A stretch of 64,000 nt of DNA. Origin: an uncultured Bdellovibrionales bacterium. GTDB taxonomy: Bacteria; Patescibacteriota; Minisyncoccia; Moranbacterales; UBA9337. This document shows positions 38,492 to 47,402 of the stretch, in pieces. The notes under the pieces are model-generated. The model was not told the origin of the DNA, made no database searches, and saw nothing but the letters and a program-made list of their open reading frames with translations. The stretch covers positions 5,888 through 69,887 of the forward strand of contig CAZSCV010000002.1 in NCBI GenBank assembly GCA_964605525.1, written 5' to 3'. The translations under genes and the position numbers were made by a program. The stretch's first letter is position 1. Each line of letters starts with the position of its first letter.

Positions 38492-39244
38492 ATGCAGAAA
38501 CAAAAAATTGCTATTGTCAGTCTGACTTCCTGCGAGGGTTGCCAGTTTGCTCTTTTGGATTTGGGGCAACGGTTTTTGGATTTGATGAACCAGGTGGAAA
38601 TGGTGGATTTCCGCCTTTTGGAGGATGAAGAAGATGCGGGAGGAAAATTGGATATCGGAATTGTGGAGGGAAATCCAACTACCAAAGAGAATGTTGAAAC
38701 GCTCAAAAAGCTTCGAAAACGGAGCAAGCTTTTGGTGGTTTTGGGGAATTGTGCAGCGATGGGAGGAGTGCCGGAAATTAAAAACTATCAAGAGCAAAAA
38801 AATACTATTAAGCATGTATACAAATACATTCAAGGAATCGAAAATCCGGAAATTAAAGAGGTGGATAATTTCGTGAAAGTTGATTTTGTTTTTCCCGGAT
38901 GTCCGATTAATGGAGAGGAATTTGTAAAATATTTTCCAGAGCTTTTGAACGGTGAAATTCCGACAATTCCCGATCAGCCGGTATGCGTGGAATGCAAAAA
39001 AAGAGGAAACAGATGCTTGCTTTTGGATAAGAAACCTTGTTTTGGACCAATGATTCAGGGAGGGTGCGATGCGGTTTGTCCAAGTTCGCGAATGATGTGC
39101 CAGGGTTGTCGCGGACTTCGTCCAACTGGAAACGTGAAAGCAATGCGAGCAACACTCAAAAATTTTATGACTGATGAAGAATTTGAAAATACAACGGAGA
39201 TTTTCGGACTCAGAGATGATATAGAAGATAGAGGAGGGAAATAA
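38492..39244 (+). CDS. [NiFe] hydrogenase small subunit (group 3-type, MvhG/HoxY/HydD-like) with a C-terminal Cys-rich FeS region
   Basis: IAIVSLTSCEGCQFALLD proximal-cluster motif; C-terminal CVECKK..CFGPMIQGGCDAVCPSS..CQGC; start set at ATG 38492 (TATAAT 5 nt upstream). Confidence 0.8.
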   Translation: MQKQKIAIVSLTSCEGCQFALLDLGQRFLDLMNQVEMVDFRLLEDEEDAGGKLDIGIVEGNPTTKENVETLKKLRKRSKLLVVLGNCAAMGGVPEIKNYQEQKNTIKHVYKYIQGIENPEIKEVDNFVKVDFVFPGCPINGEEFVKYFPELLNGEIPTIPDQPVCVECKKRGNRCLLLDKKPCFGPMIQGGCDAVCPSSRMMCQGCRGLRPTGNVKAMRATLKNFMTDEEFENTTEIFGLRDDIEDRGGK

Positions 39245-39286
39245 GACAAATCAGGCACATAAGACTTATTGGACATATAAAAAATT

Positions 39287-40549
39287 ATGCAAATAAAACT
39301 GAATCATATAAATAAAATTGAGGGACATGCTGGGTTTATGGCGAGTGTTCTTAATGGAGATGTGAAGTCGGCAAAGATTGAAGTAAAAGAGGGGATTCGC
39401 TTGATTGAAGGAATTTTGATTGGACGGCATTATGCCGATATGCCGGTGGTGGCGCAAAGAATTTGTGGGATATGCCCAGTAGTGCATAATCTCACCTCAA
39501 TCAAATCAATCGAGAACGCTATGGGGGTGAAAGTTTCACAGGAAACAATCAATTTGCGAAAGGCTTTGGAATGGGGGCAAATTATCCATTCTCATTCGCT
39601 CCATCTTTTCTTTTTGTCGTTGGCTGATTTTTTGGATATTGATAATGATTTGAAATTAGTGGAAAAGTATCCTGAGGAAACTCAAAAGGCGATTGCGCTT
39701 CGAGAATATGGGATGGCGATTGTGAAAATAATCGGCGGGCGCGTGGTGCATCCGCTTACCAATGAAGTTGGAGGTTTCAAAAAAGTTCCTCGATTGGAAG
39801 AAATTCAGGCTTTAATAAAACAAGGAGAGGCTACGCTTTTGACGGCATTTGAAGTGGCGGAATTTTTCAAAGGAATAAAATTGCCAAAATTTGAAAGAGA
39901 AACTGAATATGTTTGCTTGGACGCGCGTGGTGAGTATGCGATTTATGACGGAGATTTGGTTTCCAATCGCGGACTCAATGTTCCAGTTTTGGAATTTGAA
40001 AAGAATTTTCATGAAGTTCAACGTCCAAGGGAAATTATCAAAAGAGTGGAGTCGGACGGAAAAACCAGTTATATGGTCGGCGCAATTGCGAGAATAAATA
40101 ATCATCACAAAAAACTTCATTCCAAAGCCACACAATATCTTGATTCGCTCGGATTTTCTTTTCCGGATTACAACCCATTTCACAATGTTTTGTATCAAAT
40201 GGTGGAGGTTATCCATGGAATTGAAGAGTCGTTGCGGATTTTGCACATTTTAGCTAACAGTAATTTGGAAAATGCTATCACGAAAGAGTATCAGGTGCGA
40301 GAGGGGTTTGGAGTTGCCGCTGTGGAAGCGCCGCGCGGAACGCTTTATTATCATGTTGATATCGATAGTAAGGGTTATATCAAAGACGTGAATATTATCT
40401 CTCCGACAGCTCAATTTTTGAGTCATCTGGAAGATGATGTCAGGAAATATTTGCCGGAAATTTTAAATATTTCAGATAAGGATAAAGAAAAAAAAATGCG
40501 CGCTTTTATACGGGCATATGACCCGTGTATAAGTTGCGCAGTACATTAA
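39287..40549 (+). CDS. [NiFe] hydrogenase large (catalytic) subunit
   Basis: N-terminal RICGICPVVH (RxCGxCxxxH) and C-terminal DPCISCAVH (DPCxxCxxH) Ni-Fe ligand motifs. Confidence 0.9.
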   Translation: MQIKLNHINKIEGHAGFMASVLNGDVKSAKIEVKEGIRLIEGILIGRHYADMPVVAQRICGICPVVHNLTSIKSIENAMGVKVSQETINLRKALEWGQIIHSHSLHLFFLSLADFLDIDNDLKLVEKYPEETQKAIALREYGMAIVKIIGGRVVHPLTNEVGGFKKVPRLEEIQALIKQGEATLLTAFEVAEFFKGIKLPKFERETEYVCLDARGEYAIYDGDLVSNRGLNVPVLEFEKNFHEVQRPREIIKRVESDGKTSYMVGAIARINNHHKKLHSKATQYLDSLGFSFPDYNPFHNVLYQMVEVIHGIEESLRILHILANSNLENAITKEYQVREGFGVAAVEAPRGTLYYHVDIDSKGYIKDVNIISPTAQFLSHLEDDVRKYLPEILNISDKDKEKKMRAFIRAYDPCISCAVH

Positions 40550-40553
40550 ATTT

Positions 40554-40829
40554 ATGCATGATTTTTTGCTTGCTAAGGAGATAGTTGATGAGGTTTTGAA
40601 AATTGCCGAGGAAAAAAAATTGAAAAAAGTTTCTCGAGTCGATGTCGAGATTGGTCAGATTGCGATGGCGCACGACGGACACGATGAGCATATTGAAGAT
40701 ATTTCGATTGAAAATTTGAAGTTTGGATTGGAAGGAATTTCGAGAAATACCATTTTGAAGGATGCGGAATTTGGTATAAAAAAAATTGAAGGCGAACATT
40801 GGAAAATTGTTTTAATTGAAGGGGAATAG
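40554..40829 (+). CDS. hypA: HypA-like hydrogenase nickel-insertion protein lacking the zinc-finger cysteines
   Basis: Starts MHD (the Ni-binding His2 of HypA is normally MHE); N-terminal alignment to HypA is good, but the 91-aa product has no Cys. Confidence 0.5.
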   Translation: MHDFLLAKEIVDEVLKIAEEKKLKKVSRVDVEIGQIAMAHDGHDEHIEDISIENLKFGLEGISRNTILKDAEFGIKKIEGEHWKIVLIEGE

Positions 40830-40857
40830 GGTGTTTTTTTAATTGATTATTATAAAT

Positions 40858-40998
40858 AGGACTTACGCATTTAGATAATTTTCGTATGGTTTTCCGGAAA
40901 AATATTTTTTTCTCCGGTCCTTTCGAGGGACACGGACAGCTGCGAAAAAAACATTTTTCCGGGAAACCGAGAGTTTTGTTATCTAATTACGCAAGTCT
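40858..40998 (+). repeat. ~140-bp nested imperfect palindrome upstream of gap (outer arms 40858-40878 / 40979-40998; inner arms 40888-40905 / 40952-40968)
   Basis: Outer arms match at 16 of 20 positions; inner GGTTTTCCGGAAAAATA / CATTTTTCCGGGAAACC are near-exact reverse complements. Confidence 0.6.
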
Positions 40999-41010
40999 TA
41001 AATAAAAAAT

Positions 41011-42018
41011 ATGTTTGGAAAAAAGAAAGTTAAAATTGCAATTAATGGGTTTGGGAGAATTGGGCGGCCGTCGCTTAAGTTTGCTTTGGAAAAAGGAATC
41101 GAAGTTGTCGCAATCAATGATTTGACTGATATTGAAACTGTCGCGCATCTGCTCAAATATGATTCATCATATGGAGTGTATGCAAAAAATGTGGAAGTGG
41201 ACAAGGAAAAAAGCGAGCTTGTTGTTGATGGAAAAAGAATTAAATATTTTTCCGAGATGGATCCGAAAAATCTTCCCTGGGAAAAGTTGCAGGTGGACGT
41301 GGTTTTGGAGTGCACAGGAGCGTTTCTCACGAAAGAAAAGGTGCAAGCGCATCTCGATGCGGGAGCGAAGAAAGTTTTGATGTCCGCTCCTCCCAGGGAT
41401 GATGTGCCGGTATATCTTTTGGGCGTAAATGAAAAAGAATATCAAGGCGAAGCGGTGGTTTCCAATGGATCTTGCACGACCAATTGTTTGGCGCCGATGA
41501 TAAAGGTGTTGGACGGACTTTGCGGAATTGAAAAAGGGTTTATGACCACCACTCATTCATATACCAATGATCAAAGAGTGCTTGATCTTCCGCACAAAGA
41601 TTTGCGACGAGCCAGGGCGGCCGCGTTAAATATTATTCCAACTTCTACCGGAGCGGCAAAAACAGTAGGAAAGGTGATCAAGCATTTGGAAGGAAAAATT
41701 GATGGAATTTCACTCCGCGTTCCAACGCCGGTTGTTTCGATTGTTGATTTTGTTTGTACAGTGAAAAATCCGAAATCAGCTGAAGAAATTAATGCTGTTT
41801 TCCGCGAGGCATCCAAGGGGGAATTGGCAGGGATATTGGATGCGACTGATAAAGAATTGGTGTCGATGGATTACAAAATGAATCCAATGAGTGCAATTGT
41901 GGATCTTCCGCTCACGATGTCGCAGGACAATATGGTGAAAATCGTTGGATGGTATGATAATGAATGGGGATATTCCAACCGTTTAGTGGAAATGGCAGAA
42001 TATATCTCGAAATTGTAA
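41011..42018 (+). CDS. gap: glyceraldehyde-3-phosphate dehydrogenase
   Basis: INGFGRIGR NAD-binding motif; SCTTNCLAP active site. Confidence 0.95.
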   Translation: MFGKKKVKIAINGFGRIGRPSLKFALEKGIEVVAINDLTDIETVAHLLKYDSSYGVYAKNVEVDKEKSELVVDGKRIKYFSEMDPKNLPWEKLQVDVVLECTGAFLTKEKVQAHLDAGAKKVLMSAPPRDDVPVYLLGVNEKEYQGEAVVSNGSCTTNCLAPMIKVLDGLCGIEKGFMTTTHSYTNDQRVLDLPHKDLRRARAAALNIIPTSTGAAKTVGKVIKHLEGKIDGISLRVPTPVVSIVDFVCTVKNPKSAEEINAVFREASKGELAGILDATDKELVSMDYKMNPMSAIVDLPLTMSQDNMVKIVGWYDNEWGYSNRLVEMAEYISKL

Positions 42019-42154
42019 AATTATTTTTTCCAAAAAACCGCCTCGATTTTTCGAAGCGGTTTTTTATTTGCCAAAATATTGATGAGGGGGTAAAATTGAA
42101 GTAAGGAAAAAAAAGTGGCTTGTCATTTTGTGGCGAGAGAAACAAAAAACAAAA

Positions 42155-43756
42155 ATGTACGATATTATCATTAAAAATGGGACTGTTATTGACGGAACAG
42201 GGCGACCCATGGTCAAAGCGGACATCGGCATTCAGGAAGGCTTCATACAAAAGATAGGGAGCCTTCATAATGAACGCGCGAGTAAGATTATCGATGCCGA
42301 AGGGCAATACGTTGCTCCCGGGTTTATTGATGTCAATAATCATTCCGATACCTATTGGAGGATTTTCGTCGATCCTCAATTGGAAAGTTTGGTGTATCAA
42401 GGAATTACAACCATTATTGGAGGAAACTGCGGTTCATCATTGGCACCCTTGGTTGACCGGGAAATTATTCGATCCATTCAAAAATGGGTAAATGTTGATA
42501 AAGTTAATTTCAACTGGCTCAGTATGGAAGAATTTTTCCGGGAAGTGGAAGCGACAAAATTATCTGTTAATTTTGCCAGCCTTGTGGGACATAGCACATT
42601 AAGGAGAGGAATTATTCAGGACCAAATGCGAGAAATGACTCCTGATGAATTTGAGAAGATGAAAAAAATGCTCAAACGAGCAATGAAAGAAGGAGCTTTG
42701 GGATTTTCAACCGGATTGGTATATACGCATGCCAAGCAGGCAAAAATGGAAGAAATTGTGCAACTGGCTGAGATTGTCAAAAAATATGACGGAGTGTATG
42801 CTACGCATATGCGAGGAGAAGGAAAAGATCTTATTGAGTCCATTGAAGAAGCAATTGAAGTGGCGCAAAAAACCGGAGTAAAAATGCAAGTTTCCCATTT
42901 GAAAGTAATGGGTGAGGAAAATTGGAATTTGATGACTGAGGCGGTAAACTTGATTGAAACAGCCAGGGGAAATGGCATTGATGTGAATTTTGACGTATAT
43001 CCTTATACCATTACCGGATCCGTGCTGTATATTTTTCTTCCGGACTGGGTCTCTGAGGGAGGCAGAAAAATGATGCTTCACCGGCTAAAAGATCCAAGCA
43101 GAAGAAGGCAGATAATTGCAGAAATGCGAAGCAATAAATTTGATTTTTCAAAAATAACCATCTCCATTTCTCCTCTTAACAAAACCCTCACGAGAAAAAA
43201 AATTACAGAAATTGCCGCTTCGCAAGGGAAATCAGTCGAAGAAGCCATTATTGATATTTTAATTGCCAGTGAAGGTCAAGTAGTGACAATGACAGAGGCT
43301 CTCAGTGAAAAAAATGTTGCCAGAGCGATTCAACACCCATTTTCTATTATAGCCTCAAATGGATCAGGTTATTCCAGGGAATATCGAAATGCAGGAGAAT
43401 TGGTTCATCCAAGAAATTTCGGTTCTTTTCCTCGCGTACTCTCCAAATATGTCCGCCAGGATCGAATCTTGAGCTGGGAAGAGGCGATACATAAAATGAG
43501 CGGAAAACCAGCGGTTAAGTTTGGATTGAAAAAACGAGGAATATTGGAGGTTGGGAATTTTGCCGATGTAGTTGTTTTTGACCCGGAAAAAGTGGTTGAC
43601 CTGGCAACAGCCCAGGACCCATATAATTATTGCAAAGGAATTTCAACTGTCATTGTTAATGGAAAGATTTCCTTAGAGCAAGGGCGTTTCAATGGAATGA
43701 GATTCGGAGAAGTCATTCGTTCCGGCAATTTTAAAAAATACTTCAATCTTTTTTAA
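42155..43756 (+). CDS. metal-dependent amidohydrolase, D-aminoacylase (N-acyl-D-amino-acid deacylase) family
   Basis: YDIIIKNGTVIDGTG..GFIDVNNHSD..HMRGEG amidohydrolase motifs; start set at ATG 42155. Confidence 0.65.
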   Translation: MYDIIIKNGTVIDGTGRPMVKADIGIQEGFIQKIGSLHNERASKIIDAEGQYVAPGFIDVNNHSDTYWRIFVDPQLESLVYQGITTIIGGNCGSSLAPLVDREIIRSIQKWVNVDKVNFNWLSMEEFFREVEATKLSVNFASLVGHSTLRRGIIQDQMREMTPDEFEKMKKMLKRAMKEGALGFSTGLVYTHAKQAKMEEIVQLAEIVKKYDGVYATHMRGEGKDLIESIEEAIEVAQKTGVKMQVSHLKVMGEENWNLMTEAVNLIETARGNGIDVNFDVYPYTITGSVLYIFLPDWVSEGGRKMMLHRLKDPSRRRQIIAEMRSNKFDFSKITISISPLNKTLTRKKITEIAASQGKSVEEAIIDILIASEGQVVTMTEALSEKNVARAIQHPFSIIASNGSGYSREYRNAGELVHPRNFGSFPRVLSKYVRQDRILSWEEAIHKMSGKPAVKFGLKKRGILEVGNFADVVVFDPEKVVDLATAQDPYNYCKGISTVIVNGKISLEQGRFNGMRFGEVIRSGNFKKYFNLF

Positions 43757-43804
43757 TATTTTCCCGGATAAGAACAGATGGAATTTATAACCAGATAAAA
43801 ATCT

Positions 43805-45214
43805 ATGGATGTTTCGTATTTTAAAGGTAAAAAAATAACCGTATTGGGGCTGGGGCTTTTGGGCGGAGGATTGGGTGTGGTTAAATTTTTGATCAAACAT
43901 GGAGCGCGCGTGATTGTTACGGATATGAAATCCAGAGAACAACTGGAGTCTTCTTTGAAAAAATTGGAAGGAGTAAAAAACATCGAATATGTTTTGGGAC
44001 ACCATCGTCCGGAAGATTTTACGAAAGTAGATATGGTTGTTAAGAACCCGGCTGTTTCTTGGGATAATAAATATATAAAAATGGCGCTGGACAAAAAAAT
44101 TCCAGTAGAGATGGATTCAAGTTTATTTTTTCAATTATGTAAAAATCCAATTATCGGAGTTACCGGGACAAAGGGAAAAACCACCATTGCTTCAATGATT
44201 TTTGATTTGCTGAAGTTGGTAGGAAAAAATGCAATCACAGTAGGAATCGGAACGGCTTCGGTTTTGGATAAAATTGAAGAATTGAAAAAGGACAGCGTAG
44301 TGGTTTTCGAGCTTTCCAGCTGGAGGCTTTCAGCTTTGAGTAGAATTAAAAAAAGCCCGCATATTGCTGTGATGAAAAATATTCTTCCCGATCATTTGAA
44401 CTATTATAAGACAATGAAAGAATATATCGAGGATAAGAAAAACATTTTTGCTTTTCAGGGTCCAAAAGATTGTTTAATTGTCAATGATGATGATGAAAAG
44501 GTCCAGGAAATTATCAGCGATTCAAAAGCGAAAATAATTTCTTTTTCCGAAAAACCGATTAAGAAAAATTACTCTGTTTTTTTGGAAAACGGACACATAT
44601 ACTTAAACAATGGAATTGATGTCCGAAAATTGGTCGCCCTGGAAGACATAAAAATTATTGGCAGGCACAGTATCATAAATGTGATGGCGGCAATTGGGGC
44701 AGTATATGCTTTCGGGCTTAAGGTTTCGGAAATTAAAGATGCGGTAGTCAAATTGAAAGGAATTGCCCATCGCATGGAGTTTATTAGAGAGGTTTCCGAA
44801 GTGAGGTATTACAATGATACAGCGGCCACAATTCCACAGGCTGCAATTTCCGCTATCAATTCTTTCGAAAAAAAGGAAATAATTTTGATTGCAGGAGGAT
44901 CGGACAAAAATTTGGATTTTTCGGAATTTGCCAAAGAAATAGTTGCTTATTCAAAAGGGATAATTTTTCTAAAAGGAGATGCGACTGAAAAATTAATCTC
45001 TGAGATCAGAAAAAATCTTCCCAAAGAGGATAAAGATAAAAAGTTTATTGTCGTAGATTCAATGGATAAAGCGGTTGAATTTGCTTCTCGTAGTGCTGAA
45101 AAAGGGGATGTGGTTCTTTTATCTCCCGGAGCGGCGAGTTTTGGATTGTTCGCTAACGAATTTGAACGCGGAGACAGGTTTCGTAAAGCGGTGAATGAAT
45201 TAAAAATTCGATAA
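43805..45214 (+). CDS. murD: UDP-N-acetylmuramoyl-L-alanine--D-glutamate ligase
   Basis: N-terminal Rossmann motif KKITVLGLGLLG; GTKGKTT P-loop; Mur ligase architecture. Confidence 0.88.
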   Translation: MDVSYFKGKKITVLGLGLLGGGLGVVKFLIKHGARVIVTDMKSREQLESSLKKLEGVKNIEYVLGHHRPEDFTKVDMVVKNPAVSWDNKYIKMALDKKIPVEMDSSLFFQLCKNPIIGVTGTKGKTTIASMIFDLLKLVGKNAITVGIGTASVLDKIEELKKDSVVVFELSSWRLSALSRIKKSPHIAVMKNILPDHLNYYKTMKEYIEDKKNIFAFQGPKDCLIVNDDDEKVQEIISDSKAKIISFSEKPIKKNYSVFLENGHIYLNNGIDVRKLVALEDIKIIGRHSIINVMAAIGAVYAFGLKVSEIKDAVVKLKGIAHRMEFIREVSEVRYYNDTAATIPQAAISAINSFEKKEIILIAGGSDKNLDFSEFAKEIVAYSKGIIFLKGDATEKLISEIRKNLPKEDKDKKFIVVDSMDKAVEFASRSAEKGDVVLLSPGAASFGLFANEFERGDRFRKAVNELKIR

Positions 45215-45224
45215 AATTAAATAT

Positions 45225-46139
45225 ATGAAATATGATTTGGCAATTATTGGCGCCGGACCGGCTGGGCTTTCGGCGTCTGTGTACGCTTCGCGGTATGGAA
45301 TAAAAAATGTTGTCATTGGAGGAATTGCCGGCGGGTTGGTGACGGAAACCCACGAAATCGGAAATTGGTTGGGGGCGCAAAAAATATCCGGATTTGAATT
45401 TGCGCAAAAAGCAGTGGAACACGTCAAAAGTTTGGGAGTAAATATTGAGTCAGTTAATGTTGATCAAATTGAAAAGGAGAAGGATGCGTTTGAACTTTTT
45501 TTAAGTAGTGGAAAAAAGGTGCAAGCCAAGACAGTTCTGCTTACAATGGGAACAAAGCATCGGCACTTGGGAATTCCCGGGGAAAAAGAATTGGCCGGAA
45601 AAGGGGTTTCGTATTGCGCCACTTGCGACGGATTTTTTTATCGGGAAAAAATTACGGCGGTTGTCGGCGGATCTGACAGCGCTGCTTCGGCTGCGCTTCA
45701 TTTGGCGGGAATTGCGGAAAAAGTATATTTAATTTACCGCGGTGAAAAATTGCGGGCGGAAAATTTTTGGGTAGAATCTATTTTGAAAAATAAAAAAATC
45801 GAGGTTTTGTATAATACTAATATTAAAGAAATAAAAGGAGAGCAGAAAGTGGAAGAAATTGTCCTAGATAATCCATTTTGCGGTTCGGAAGTTTTGAAAA
45901 CAGATGGGATTTTTATAGAAATAGGATTGGAGCCGAATGTTAATTTGGTGGAAAATTTGAATATTGATTTGGATGAGGAGGGATATATTAAAATTGAATC
46001 CGATGGAAGAACAAGTGAAAAAGGAATTTGGGCAGCCGGAGATATTACAACCGGATCAAATAAATTCAAGCAAATAGTTACCGCCGCCGCTGAAGGAGCT
46101 ATCGCAACAGCCAGTATCCAAAAACACTTGAAAAAATAA
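45225..46139 (+). CDS. trxB: thioredoxin-disulfide reductase
   Basis: YDLAIIGAGPAG; redox-active CATC (CATCDGFFY); second NADPH-binding fold. Confidence 0.9.
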   Translation: MKYDLAIIGAGPAGLSASVYASRYGIKNVVIGGIAGGLVTETHEIGNWLGAQKISGFEFAQKAVEHVKSLGVNIESVNVDQIEKEKDAFELFLSSGKKVQAKTVLLTMGTKHRHLGIPGEKELAGKGVSYCATCDGFFYREKITAVVGGSDSAASAALHLAGIAEKVYLIYRGEKLRAENFWVESILKNKKIEVLYNTNIKEIKGEQKVEEIVLDNPFCGSEVLKTDGIFIEIGLEPNVNLVENLNIDLDEEGYIKIESDGRTSEKGIWAAGDITTGSNKFKQIVTAAAEGAIATASIQKHLKK

Positions 46140-46218
46140 TCAAGATATCTGCATAAATGCTCATACTTTCATCAATTGAGTTGTTTAAGATATTTGGCAA
46201 ATGGTGTAAAATATTAGC

Positions 46219-47340
46219 ATGAAAAGAATTGGAATTGATGCGCGTTTTTTCGGGTCTGTGGGTAAAGGACTTGGAAGATATACGCAAAAATTGATTGAGA
46301 ATTTGGAGAAAATCGATACTCAAAATGAGTATTATATTTTTTTGCGTAAAGAAAATTTCAATGAGTATCAGTCAAAAAAGGAAAATTTTCACAAAGTTTT
46401 GGCGGACTTCCGCTGGTACACTTTTTCCGAGCAAATCAACATGCCTCGATTGCTGAAAAAGTACGATTTGGATTTGATGCACTTTCCGCATTTTAATGTT
46501 CCCCTTTTGTATCGAAAGAAATTTGTCATAACTATTCATGATTTGATTTTGGTGCATTTTCCGACAATTCGCGGAACAACTCTCAATCCGTTTTTCTATT
46601 GGTTTAAATTTTTGGCGTATCGGATTGCAATAAAATCAGCAATAATAAGAGCAAAAAAAATAATCACTGTTTCAAAATTTACCAAAAACGATATCGAAAA
46701 GCATTATCCGCAAGCGCGCGGAAAAGTTTTTATTACATATGAAGCTTGCGAAGATTTTTGTTTTGTCGCTAGCGAGGAAAGCGGGAAGATTTTGCAAAAA
46801 TATGGTATAATTAAACCGTATCTGTTATATGTCGGCAATGCATATCCGCATAAGAATTTGGACGGATTAATCTCGGCATTTGCCAGATTGAAACAAAAAA
46901 TTTCTTCTCTTAATTTGGTGCTAGTCGGCAAGGAGGATTATTTTTACAAGAAGATAAAAGAAAGAGTGGAAAAAGAAGATATTTCCGGTATAAGCTTTCC
47001 TGGATTTATTCCGGACAGGGATTTGGATGCGGTTTATTGTTCTTCCAGGGCTTACGTTTTTCCTTCGCTCTATGAAGGATTTGGACTTCCCCCGCTTGAA
47101 GCAATGGCGAAGGGTATTCCGGTTGCAAGTTCTGATCAAGAGTGTATGAAGGAAATCTTGGAGGATAGTGCGTTGTTTTTTAATGGAAGGTGCCAGGCGG
47201 ATATTGAAGAGAAAATGCGGCAGATTTGCGAGGATTCAAAATTGAGAATAGAACTGGTAAAAAAAGGATACCGGCAAATTGAAAAATACAGTTGGAAAAA
47301 AATGGGAAAAGAAACCCTGGAGATATATCAAAATTCTTAG
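46219..47340 (+). CDS. GT4-family glycosyltransferase (GT-B fold)
   Basis: C-terminal E-x7-E-like region FPSLYEGFGLPPLEAMAKGIPV. Confidence 0.8.
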   Translation: MKRIGIDARFFGSVGKGLGRYTQKLIENLEKIDTQNEYYIFLRKENFNEYQSKKENFHKVLADFRWYTFSEQINMPRLLKKYDLDLMHFPHFNVPLLYRKKFVITIHDLILVHFPTIRGTTLNPFFYWFKFLAYRIAIKSAIIRAKKIITVSKFTKNDIEKHYPQARGKVFITYEACEDFCFVASEESGKILQKYGIIKPYLLYVGNAYPHKNLDGLISAFARLKQKISSLNLVLVGKEDYFYKKIKERVEKEDISGISFPGFIPDRDLDAVYCSSRAYVFPSLYEGFGLPPLEAMAKGIPVASSDQECMKEILEDSALFFNGRCQADIEEKMRQICEDSKLRIELVKKGYRQIEKYSWKKMGKETLEIYQNS

Positions 47341-47402
47341 AATTCTTGCTTTCAATGAATGTGGTTTTTATAAAATATTCTCGAAAGAAATTGTTATAAA
47401 TC

